Assembly (NCBI GenBank): GCA_030447725.1
Contig: JAUJOQ010000007.1
Coordinates: 42,870 to 106,869, forward strand
Direction: 5' to 3'
Length of the DNA: 64,000 nt
DNA from: Thermoleophilaceae bacterium
GTDB taxonomy: Bacteria; Actinomycetota; Thermoleophilia; Solirubrobacterales; Thermoleophilaceae
Notes under the pieces: generated by a model
Seen by the model: the letters and a program-made list of their open reading frames with translations, nothing else
Databases searched by the model: none
Told to the model about the DNA's origin: nothing
Program-made: the position numbers and the translations under genes
Part shown: piece after piece, positions 1 through 10,297 of the stretch
How positions within the stretch are numbered: the stretch's first letter is position 1
How the letters are laid out: every line of letters begins with the position of its first letter

Positions 1-310
1 GGGCTCTGCGTTCCTGGTGGTCGGCGATTTGCGTCTGAACCCAAGCACGCGTGAGGTGCTCCGGGGAGAGCGCTCCATCGAGCTGACCGGGCGCGAGTTC
101 GAGCTGCTCGAGCACCTGATGCGCAACGAGCGACTGGTGGTGTCGCGCGAGAAGCTGCTCGACGAGGTGTGGGACTATCACCCGTACGCCGAGACCAACA
201 CGATCGACGTGTTCGTGTCAAACCTCCGCCGCAAGCTGGAATCCGGCGGCGAGCCGCGGATGCTGCACACGGTGCGCGGCTCGGGATACGTACTGAGGGC
301 CGGGGTATGA
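1..310 (+). CDS. OmpR/PhoB-family response regulator, C-terminal winged-helix DNA-binding domain (5' end outside window)
   Basis: ORF 17..310 reads ...IELTGREFELLEHLMRN...TIDVFVSNLRRKLE...VRGSGYVL, the Trans_reg_C signature. Its stop overlaps the kinase start (ATGA at 307-310). Confidence 0.85.
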   Translation, partial: GSAFLVVGDLRLNPSTREVLRGERSIELTGREFELLEHLMRNERLVVSREKLLDEVWDYHPYAETNTIDVFVSNLRRKLESGGEPRMLHTVRGSGYVLRAGV

Positions 311-1854
311 GCGGTCGCGCCCGCGGGGTGATCGAGCGCGCCAGGGTGCGACTGCCGATCCGGCTGAAGCTGGCGATCGTATCCGCCGCGCTGACGTTCG
401 TGATCCTGCTGCTGTTCGCCGTCGTGGTCGGCGCGTTCACCGAGCGCAAGCTGATGTCGAGCTTCGACGACGATTTGCGCGCCACGGCCGCCGACCTGCA
501 GTCGCGCTTTCGCGTTGCCGCGCGTGGCGCCGGCCCCGAGCTGCTCGTGGACGGTGGCGTGATCGACGCCGCCGCCTCAGGCGGCGCCGCCATCCGGGTT
601 GTGGCCCGCGACGGCCTCGTTCTCGGCGAGACTCGTCGGGAGCTTTACCTGGGCCCGCCCTTCGAGGGCGTGCGCGACGTCGGCGACTACCGGGTGGCCA
701 CCCGCCCCCTCTTCGATCGCTCGTTCGACCCCGCCGGCGTGCTCGGCCTCGACACGAGCCCGATCGACGGCGCCGTGGCCTTCGTGCAGTACGCCAAGCC
801 GCGGCGCAACCTCGAGTCGACCACCGACCGCCTGGAGCTGTTCCTCGCCCTCGGGGTCCTCGGCGGCACGGGCTTGGCCTTCCTGGCGGGCTTTGCCGTG
901 GCGCGCCGGGCCATGCGGCCGATCGCGGACCTCACCTCGGCCGCCCGGGAGGTGGCGCGCACCCGTGATCCGGCCAAGGCACTCCCACGGTCTGAGGCCA
1001 GGGACGAGGTCGGCCAGCTGGCCAGGACGCTCGACGACATGCTGCGCCAGCTCGACGCCGCCCGCGGCGAGACCCAGTCGGCACTCGACCGCCAGCGTGA
1101 CTTCGTGGCCGACGCCTCGCATGAGCTGCGAACGCCGCTTACGAGCATCCTCGCCAACCTGGAGCTGCTGGAGGAGGAGCTGACCCGTGCCGGCGGCCCC
1201 GGCGACCCGGAGGCGGCTTCCGAGATAGCGGGCTCGGCCCTGCGCTCCTCCCGGCGGATGCGACGCCTGGTAGGCGATTTGCTGCTGCTGGCCCGGGCCG
1301 ACGCCGGCCGCCAGGTTCCACCGCGACCCGTGGACCTGGCGCAGGTGGCCGCCGAAGCCGTTGCCGAGGCGGCGCCGCTCGCCAGCGGGCACAACGTGTC
1401 GCTGGACCTGCCCGAGGTTGGCCACACCCAGGTCGACGGCTCCTCCGACGATCTCCACCGGCTGGTGCTCAACCTGATCGAGAACGCGATGATCCACACC
1501 CCGCCGGGCACGCCCGTCGTGGTCTCGGTCCGCGCGCGTGACGCGACCGTGATCGTCGAGGTGGCCGATCGCGGCCCCGGGGTTTCACCCGAGCGCCGCG
1601 AACGCATCTTCGAGCGCTTCACCCGCGATGCCGGGGATCGCACCTCGGTGTCGGGCAGCGGCCTGGGGCTTGCCATCGTGCGCGCCGTCGCCGATGTTCA
1701 CGGCGGCACCGTCGAGGTGGGCGACGCCCCCGGCGGTGGCGCATTGTTCACGGTCAGGCTGCCGGCGGCACCGATGCTCCGCTCGTCCGCACCCGGTGTC
1801 TCCGACGGACAAGCGCACGACGACCCCGCAATCAGCCCTCGCCGGACGGCGTGA
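307..1854 (+). CDS. Two-component sensor histidine kinase (HAMP + HisKA + HATPase_c)
   Basis: An in-frame ATG at 307 lies within ORF 169..1854. H-box FVADASHELRTPLTSI; N, G1 and G2 boxes (LIENAMIHTP, DRGPGV, GSGLGLAIV); two predicted TM segments. Confidence 0.9.
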   Translation: MSGRARGVIERARVRLPIRLKLAIVSAALTFVILLLFAVVVGAFTERKLMSSFDDDLRATAADLQSRFRVAARGAGPELLVDGGVIDAAASGGAAIRVVARDGLVLGETRRELYLGPPFEGVRDVGDYRVATRPLFDRSFDPAGVLGLDTSPIDGAVAFVQYAKPRRNLESTTDRLELFLALGVLGGTGLAFLAGFAVARRAMRPIADLTSAAREVARTRDPAKALPRSEARDEVGQLARTLDDMLRQLDAARGETQSALDRQRDFVADASHELRTPLTSILANLELLEEELTRAGGPGDPEAASEIAGSALRSSRRMRRLVGDLLLLARADAGRQVPPRPVDLAQVAAEAVAEAAPLASGHNVSLDLPEVGHTQVDGSSDDLHRLVLNLIENAMIHTPPGTPVVVSVRARDATVIVEVADRGPGVSPERRERIFERFTRDAGDRTSVSGSGLGLAIVRAVADVHGGTVEVGDAPGGGALFTVRLPAAPMLRSSAPGVSDGQAHDDPAISPRRTA

Positions 1855-1890
1855 TCCACCCGGCAGGCGTCTGAGCCGGGGTCTCGGCCT

Positions 1891-3552
1891 CTAGACCTCG
1901 ACTACCACCGGCAGAACCATCGGCCGCCGCCTCAGGCGGCGGTAGATGTACTCGGCCAAGTCGTCGTGCAGCTGCGCCTGGAGCAGCGAGATCTCCCGCA
2001 CGCCCTCCTTCGCGGAGCGGTCCAGGGAGTCCTCGACCGCATCGCGCATCGCTTCCACGAGCTCCTCCTCGTCCTCCGGCGCGGGCACGCCGCGGAAGAT
2101 GATCTCGGGGTCGGCCACCGAGCTGCCGTCCTGCTCGGAGACCGTGGCCACCACGATCACGATGCCATCGGCAGACAGCATGCGGCGGTCACGGACGGCC
2201 ACGTCGCCGGGCTCGCCGACGTCGACGCCGTCCACGAAGATCAGGCCGGCGCGCTCGCGCTTGGCGAAGCGCGCGCCCTTCCCGTCGATCTCGAGCGGCA
2301 GCCCGTTCTCGCCCTTGAAGACGTTCTCGGGCGGCACCCCGACGGCCTCGGCCAGCTGGGCGTGCAGCCGGATGCGCTTGTGGTCGCCATGTGAGGGCAT
2401 CACGTACTCGGGCTTGACCAGGTTGAGCATCAGCTTCAGCTCCTCGGCGTAGCCGTGACCCGACGCGTGGATCGGCGTGTCCTTGGGTGTGAGCACGTTC
2501 GCGCCCAGGTGGAAGAGGCGGTCGACGGTGTCGTTGACCGCCCGCTCGTTGCCCGGGATCGCGGTGGCCGAGAAGATCACCGTGTCGCCGGCGTGCAGGT
2601 CGACGTGGGGATGATCGGCGCCGGCCATCCGGCGCAGTGCGGACAGTGGCTCGCCCTGGCTGCCGGTGGACATGATCACCAGCTTGTGATCGGGGAAGTC
2701 GGTGATCTGCTTGGGCTCGACCAGGATGCCGTCGGGCACGTTGATATGGCCCAGCTGGCGGCCGATGTTCACGTTCTTGCGCATGGACCGCCCGACCAGC
2801 GCCACCTTTCGCCCGAGCTGAGAAGCGGCGTCCACCACCTGCTGCACGCGATGGATGTTCGACGCGAAGCAGGTGACCACGATCCGGCCCTCGCAGCGGG
2901 CGAAGGCCTCCTCGAGCCGGGGACCCACCGAGGACTCCGAGAGCGACCATCCGGGCCGGTCGGCGTTGGTGGAGTCGCCGCACAGGCACAGCACGCCCTT
3001 GCGACCCAGCTCTGCCAGCCGGGCCACGTCGGCCGGCACTCCGTCGACCGGGGTCTGGTCGAACTTGTAGTCCCCCGTGACGAGCGTCGTGCCCAGCTCG
3101 CAGGTGATCGCATAGGCGAACATGTCGGGGATCGAGTGCGCCATCTTCACCGGCTCGATCGTGAAGGGCCCGACGCTGATCTCCTGCCCGGGACGGACCT
3201 CCTTGAGGGGCACGTCCTTGAGCTTGTGCTCGTCGAGCTTCGAGCGGACCATGGCGACCGTCAGCGGTCCACCGTAGACCGGAGGCCAGTCGCTCAGCTC
3301 ACGCAGGACGTACGGAAGCGCGCCGACATGGTCCTCGTGGCCGTGCGTGAGCACTATCGCCTGGATGTCCTTGGCGCGCTCGCGCAGGTAGGTGAAGTCC
3401 GGGAGCACGAGGTCGATGCCCAGCTGGTCCGGTGTCGGGAACCGCAGCCCTGTGTCGACGACGACGATCTTGCCGTCGTACTCGACGACGGTCATGTTCT
3501 TGCCGATCTCCCCCAGCCCGCCTAGCGGGAGGATGCGCAGCGTGGCGCTCAC
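1891..3552 (-). CDS. rnj: Ribonuclease J
   Basis: 553 aa. N-terminus LRILPLGGLGEIGKNMTVVEYDG, MBL motif THGHEDHVGALPY, beta-CASP and C-terminal domain. GTG start overlaps the dapA stop (GTGA). Confidence 0.95.
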   Translation of the reverse strand: MSATLRILPLGGLGEIGKNMTVVEYDGKIVVVDTGLRFPTPDQLGIDLVLPDFTYLRERAKDIQAIVLTHGHEDHVGALPYVLRELSDWPPVYGGPLTVAMVRSKLDEHKLKDVPLKEVRPGQEISVGPFTIEPVKMAHSIPDMFAYAITCELGTTLVTGDYKFDQTPVDGVPADVARLAELGRKGVLCLCGDSTNADRPGWSLSESSVGPRLEEAFARCEGRIVVTCFASNIHRVQQVVDAASQLGRKVALVGRSMRKNVNIGRQLGHINVPDGILVEPKQITDFPDHKLVIMSTGSQGEPLSALRRMAGADHPHVDLHAGDTVIFSATAIPGNERAVNDTVDRLFHLGANVLTPKDTPIHASGHGYAEELKLMLNLVKPEYVMPSHGDHKRIRLHAQLAEAVGVPPENVFKGENGLPLEIDGKGARFAKRERAGLIFVDGVDVGEPGDVAVRDRRMLSADGIVIVVATVSEQDGSSVADPEIIFRGVPAPEDEEELVEAMRDAVEDSLDRSAKEGVREISLLQAQLHDDLAEYIYRRLRRRPMVLPVVVEV

Positions 3553-4397
3553 GCCGCGGCCAGCAGCTGGTGGCGCTCCAGCGACGCGCGCACGACCGCC
3601 TTCTCTTCCTCGTCCGCCTCCACCAGGGGCAGGCGCAGCCCGCCCACGTCGTAGCCGAGCATGTTCATGGCCGCCTTCACACCGATCGGGTTGGCGGTCA
3701 CGAAAAGCGCCTCGAAGAGGTCGGCGAGCTCCTCGTGGAGCTGGTGACGGTTCTCGGGCTCGTCGATCATGCGGCGCATCTCGGCGCCGACCACGTTGGT
3801 CGACACCAGGATCCCGCCGGTGCCGCCGGCGTCCAGCACTTCGGCCAGGGTGTCGTCGTTGCCGGCCAGCAGGTCGAGGCCGTGGATCGCCTCGATGTCC
3901 TCGTAGCGCGACTGCTTGACCGCAACCACGTTGTCGATCTCCGCCAGCTCGGCGAGCAGCTCGTTGGAGAGGTCGATCACGCAGCGGGAGGGGATGTTGT
4001 AGAGCACGACCGGTAGGTCGGTGGCGGCGGCCACCGCCCGGTAGTGCTCGATCAAGCCGCGGCGATTGGGCTTGTTGTAGTACGGGGTGACCGCCAGCAC
4101 GCCGTCCACGCCGAGCTCGGAGGCGCGGCGGGTCAGCTCGACCGAGTGGCGTGTGTCGTTGCTCCCGGTGGCGGCGACGATCGGCGCCTCCCCTGACTCA
4201 GCCACTCCGATCTCCCAGAGGCGCAGCTTCTCTTCGTCATCGAGGGTCGAGCCCTCACCGGTGCTGCCGGCCAGCACCAGACCGTCGGAGCCGTTTTCGA
4301 GGAGGTGCCGGACGAGTTTCGCCGTGGCGGCCTCGGCCAGTTCGCCGTTCGCGTCGAACGGCGTGACCATGGCCGTGAGGATGCCGCCGAACGTCAT
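3549..4397 (-). CDS. dapA: 4-hydroxy-tetrahydrodipicolinate synthase
   Basis: 282 aa; GILTAMVTPF...GSDGLVLAGSTGEGSTL...YNKP...LYNIPSR, typical DapA motifs. Confidence 0.95.
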   Translation of the reverse strand: MTFGGILTAMVTPFDANGELAEAATAKLVRHLLENGSDGLVLAGSTGEGSTLDDEEKLRLWEIGVAESGEAPIVAATGSNDTRHSVELTRRASELGVDGVLAVTPYYNKPNRRGLIEHYRAVAAATDLPVVLYNIPSRCVIDLSNELLAELAEIDNVVAVKQSRYEDIEAIHGLDLLAGNDDTLAEVLDAGGTGGILVSTNVVGAEMRRMIDEPENRHQLHEELADLFEALFVTANPIGVKAAMNMLGYDVGGLRLPLVEADEEEKAVVRASLERHQLLAAA

Positions 4398-4808
4398 CTA
4401 CCGGATCGGCTTGAACGGATCAGGGGTGGCGTTGACACCCTCCTTGGGCGGTGCGGGCGGGGGCACGGGCTGCTCGGAGACCTCGCTCTCCGGAGCGTCG
4501 AGGCCCTCGGGCGGCTGGGGCACCGACACCGCCTCGGCGGTGGCCGGATCGCTTGCCGGAGGCTGGCCGGTGCCGGCGCCGGGCGCCGGCGCGGACGGCT
4601 CGACGGGGACCGCGGGCGCGGCGGCCGGCGGGGGAGCGTCCTGAATCGGGCGGCCGTTGCTGTCATAGCGCACGGTTGCGCCCTCGGTGCCCTGACTGGC
4701 GGCGGCCTTCTCGGCCTGACTCTGGTTGAACTGCCTCTGCGTGTCCTCGATCTTCTGCTGCGCCTGCTCGGCCATCTGCTTGGCCTTGTCCATGAAGCCC
4801 ATTGCCAT
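4398..4808 (-). CDS. Hypothetical small protein: N-terminal amphipathic helix plus proline-rich tail
   Basis: The internal ATG at 4808 of ORF 4398..5567 is preceded by AAGGAGGAG (a strong SD). Translation is MAMGFMDKAKQMAEQAQQKIEDTQRQF... followed by a P/A-rich tail. No family recognised. Confidence 0.55.
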   Translation of the reverse strand: MAMGFMDKAKQMAEQAQQKIEDTQRQFNQSQAEKAAASQGTEGATVRYDSNGRPIQDAPPPAAAPAVPVEPSAPAPGAGTGQPPASDPATAEAVSVPQPPEGLDAPESEVSEQPVPPPAPPKEGVNATPDPFKPIR

Positions 4809-4970
4809 ACTCCTCCTTGTCGCTGTTTCGCACCTTACCGGGGCCCGCCTCAGGGAGGCGGGCAGCCGAAACGCTCCCGGCCGGCGCACCCTCGCCTGCT
4901 CCTGCGACGGCAGAGCCGTTGCAGGCCTGCCGGCACAGGACTTGTAAATGGCACAATCAGACGGGGACCG

Positions 4971-5387
4971 ATGACCAACGGCGACTACACACAGCGCACA
5001 ACCGCGCAGAAGCTGGGCGCCAAGCCCGACGAGCGGGTCGAGGCCGCGGGAGACGTGGGGCCCAGGCTGCGCGTGGAGCTCAAGGAGGCGCTCGGCCGCG
5101 GATTGGTCCGCTCCGGCCCCCTGGACGGGGCAGTGGTGCTGGTCGAGTCGCTCGAGGACGCCCAAGAGGTGCTCGTGCGCTACCGGGCCCGTCTGCGCGA
5201 CTCGGGCTGGCTCTGGCTGGTCACCCGCAAGCGAGGCCACGAGAACTACCTCAACCAGATGCTGATCGTGCCCTACGCCAAGAAGGTGGGGATGATCGAC
5301 AACAAGACCTGCTCGATCGACGACGAGCGGTCGGGCATCCGGTTCGTGGTGCCGCGGGCGCTGCGCGGGCGCAACGGAGACGTCTAG
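4971..5387 (+). CDS. DUF3052-like protein
   Basis: ATG at 4971 within ORF 4305..5387. The layout AQKLG.KPD..V ... GWLWLVTRKRG ... resembles actinobacterial DUF3052 proteins (from memory). Confidence 0.6.
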   Translation: MTNGDYTQRTTAQKLGAKPDERVEAAGDVGPRLRVELKEALGRGLVRSGPLDGAVVLVESLEDAQEVLVRYRARLRDSGWLWLVTRKRGHENYLNQMLIVPYAKKVGMIDNKTCSIDDERSGIRFVVPRALRGRNGDV

Positions 5388-5648
5388 CGGCGGCTGGAGC
5401 GCGGTTGCGGCGGCTGGTGGCTGCGACGCCTGGCTCCGGTGGCCTGTGACCCACCCGATTCTCTCTGAGACCGCGGACCGCCCCGGGGTCTCGCCGCACC
5501 GTTCCGTTCCAGGTAGGGGTCGCAGGAGCACCCCAGAGTGCACGGTGGGGTGACGACGTGCGTGCACTCGCCACCCCGCCCCTAACCAATCGGATCCCGA
5601 CTCGCCGCGATCGGGCGCTCAGCCCGACCCGGGCCCCGCCGGGGCGGC

Positions 5649-6335
5649 TCAACGGTCGTCGAACAGGAGCGTCTCTAGCCCGTGGGTCGGAGACCGGGGC
5701 AGCGTGGCTACCTTCCGCACGGCCAGCAGCACCCCCGGCATGAAGGACTCGCGCGCGATCGAGTCGTGGCGGATCGACAGCGTCTGTCCGAGCCCGCCGA
5801 AGATCACCTCCTGGTGAGCCACCAGGCCGGGCAGCCGCACGGAGTGGATCGGCTGGTGCACCTTTCCACCCGCCGCCGAAATCAATTCGGCTGTGTAAGA
5901 GGCCGTACCCGAGGGGGCGTCGAGCTTGCCGTCGTGGTGCAGCTCCACGATCTCGCACTCGGGCATGTGGGGGGCCGCCAGACGCGAGGCCTCCATCATC
6001 AACACGGCCCCGATCGCGAAGTTGGCGGCCACGAAGAGGTTGGCGCTGCCCACTCCCTCGAGCTCCGCGAAGTCGGCGCCGCTCGTGCCCATGACGCAAT
6101 GCACGCCGGCCTCGAGGCAGGCGCGGGCATTGTCGAGCGCCGTGTCGGGGCGTGAGAAGTCGACCACCACATCGGCGTCGGCGAGCACTTCACTGAGGGC
6201 CGTGTCAAGCGCGGGATCGGCCCGCCCTGTCAGGTCCATGTCCTCCGCACCCCCCACTGCGCGGCACACGGTTTCCCCCATCCTTCCCGCCGCTCCCGAC
6301 ACGGCGACCTTGATCGCGGCCGTGGCGGAAGTCAT
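5649..6335 (-). CDS. dapB: 4-hydroxy-tetrahydrodipicolinate reductase
   Basis: 228 aa; IKVAVSGAAGRMG nucleotide-binding N-terminus and EIVELHHDGKLDAPSGTA catalytic motif. Confidence 0.9.
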   Translation of the reverse strand: MTSATAAIKVAVSGAAGRMGETVCRAVGGAEDMDLTGRADPALDTALSEVLADADVVVDFSRPDTALDNARACLEAGVHCVMGTSGADFAELEGVGSANLFVAANFAIGAVLMMEASRLAAPHMPECEIVELHHDGKLDAPSGTASYTAELISAAGGKVHQPIHSVRLPGLVAHQEVIFGGLGQTLSIRHDSIARESFMPGVLLAVRKVATLPRSPTHGLETLLFDDR

Positions 6336-6345
6336 GAGGCGGCTC

Positions 6346-7590
6346 CTATGCGGCGGCCAGCTGGGGGTTCACGGCATCCAGAGCCGTGCGGAAGGCGTCC
6401 TCGCTGCCCCCCACGCCTGCGGCCGACATGCGACTCGGGTCGAACAGCTCGGCGCTCAGCGTGCGCACGTCCTCGAGGGTCACGGCGTCGATCCGGGCCA
6501 GCACCTCGTCGAGGGTCAGCAACGGAACGTCCATCAGCAGCGAGCTGCCCAGGCGGTTCATCCGCGCGGCGGTCGACTCCATGGCGAGGGTGGTGCGGCC
6601 CTTCACGTTCTCACGCGCCCGGTCGAGCTCGGCCTCGGACACGCCCTCGTCGCAGATCCGGCGCAGCTCGGCGCCGATCACGTCCATGGCCTCGGCCACG
6701 TTGTCGGGGCGGGTGCCCACGTACAGGCCCACCTGGCCCGAGTCTGCGTACTGGCTCGCGTAGGAGTAGACCGCGTAGGCCAGCCCCCGCTTCTCGCGCA
6801 CCTCCTGAAACAGCCGCGACGAGGTCGAGCCCCCCAGGATGGTGTCGAGCACGCGCAGGGAGAAGCGGCGGTCGTCGCCGCGGGCAAGCCCCGGGGCGCC
6901 GAGGCAGAGGTGGTACTGCTCGGTCTCCTTTACGTGAAACCTCAGCTGCGGCTCGGTGGTCGCCGGAGCCGGCTCGGGACCGGCGACGGCTTCTCCCCCG
7001 GCCTTCCCGTCCAGCGTGCCGTTCACGAGCGCTACCAGGCGGTCATGGTCGATGCTGCCCGCCGCGGCCACCACGAGATTGGGCGGCACGTAGCGCGCGT
7101 CGTGGTAGGCCGCGATGTCCGGCACCGGCACCGAGCCCACCACCTCGGCCTGGCCGATGATCGGCCGCCCGAGGGGATGGTCGCCGAAGATCGCCGTAGA
7201 GAGCACGTCGTGAACCTTGTCCGCGGGCTCGTCCTCGTACATGGCGATCTCCTCGATCACCACCTGGCGCTCGGAGTCGATGTCCGGGTAGCTCGGCCGC
7301 AGCACCATGTCCGACAGCACCTCGAACGCGCGGTCGAGATGGCGGTCGAGGAAGCGCGAGTAGACCGATGTGGTCTCCTTGCCGGTGCCGGCGTTGACCT
7401 CGGCGCCCATTGCGTCGAAGGTCTCGTCGATCTCCAGCGAGCTGAAGCGGTCGGTGCCCTTGAACAGCAGGTGCTCGAGGAAGTGCGAGAGCCCCGCCTG
7501 CGCGGGGCTCTCGTCACGACTACCGGTACGGACCCAGAAGCCCAGGGCGACCGAGCGAACCGACGGGACATGCTCGCTTACGACACGCAC
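6346..7590 (-). CDS. M16B (pitrilysin-family) zinc peptidase, PepR-like
   Basis: HFLEHLLFKGT inverted zinc motif, in the pnp-pepR synteny typical of Actinobacteria. The frame stays open and coding-like upstream to CTG 7629 (see findings), so the true 5' end is probably beyond 7590. Confidence 0.9.
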   Translation of the reverse strand: MRVVSEHVPSVRSVALGFWVRTGSRDESPAQAGLSHFLEHLLFKGTDRFSSLEIDETFDAMGAEVNAGTGKETTSVYSRFLDRHLDRAFEVLSDMVLRPSYPDIDSERQVVIEEIAMYEDEPADKVHDVLSTAIFGDHPLGRPIIGQAEVVGSVPVPDIAAYHDARYVPPNLVVAAAGSIDHDRLVALVNGTLDGKAGGEAVAGPEPAPATTEPQLRFHVKETEQYHLCLGAPGLARGDDRRFSLRVLDTILGGSTSSRLFQEVREKRGLAYAVYSYASQYADSGQVGLYVGTRPDNVAEAMDVIGAELRRICDEGVSEAELDRARENVKGRTTLAMESTAARMNRLGSSLLMDVPLLTLDEVLARIDAVTLEDVRTLSAELFDPSRMSAAGVGGSEDAFRTALDAVNPQLAAA

Positions 7591-7625
7591 GCCCGACGGC
7601 AGCGTGGTGATCTGCGGGGCGTCGG

Positions 7626-9860
<2,235 letters not shown>

Positions 9861-9899
9861 ATGTTCCTTTCGGTGCCGCCTCCGGTTGGCGGCGCTGCT

Positions 9900-10221
9900 T
9901 ATGACTTCTCGATAGACGTCCCGAGGACCCTAGCAAGGCTCTCCCGGACCTTTGCGGACACCCAAGCCGGGCGCTGGGTCAGCCCGAGCCAGGCCAAGCG
10001 CCGTACGGCCCACCCCGCAGAGGCTAGTTCGTTGTCATGACCGACCGCGTAGACGCCCGCTGAACGCGAAGCAGCGCCCCCTTTCGCACCCGCGTCTCGA
10101 TGGCGCCCTCGCCGAGTCCGAGAGCACGCAGCTGAGCGCAGCCGACCACACCGTGCTGTCGCCTCAACAGACCGCTCAGACGACGGTCAAACGACGGTAG
10201 CTCTCCACTTAACCCTTCCAC
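9900..10221 (-). pseudogene. Frameshifted, truncated remnant of a DUF559/AbiEi_4-like gene
   Basis: ORF 10024..10221 encodes LLRRQHGVVGCAQLRALGLGEGAIETRVRKGALLRVQR and then loses the family motif. Shifting frame near 10058 restores GVYAVGH. Only about 100 codons remain before the pnp leader. Confidence 0.5.
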
Positions 10222-10297
10222 CCCAAGTAAGTGGAGACTCCCCTCAGAATGGCCCCTCCCAGGGCGGGGCGCGGCCTACAGCCAGCCCCGGCGGGGC

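Noticed and set aside
4844-4862. Hairpin CCCGCCTC-AGG-GAGGCGGG in the divergent 4809-4970 intergenic region as a terminator or riboswitch.
   Set aside because: The genes diverge here, so a terminator makes no sense. There is no U-tract and no recognisable riboswitch core. It may be an operator, but the evidence is too thin to report.
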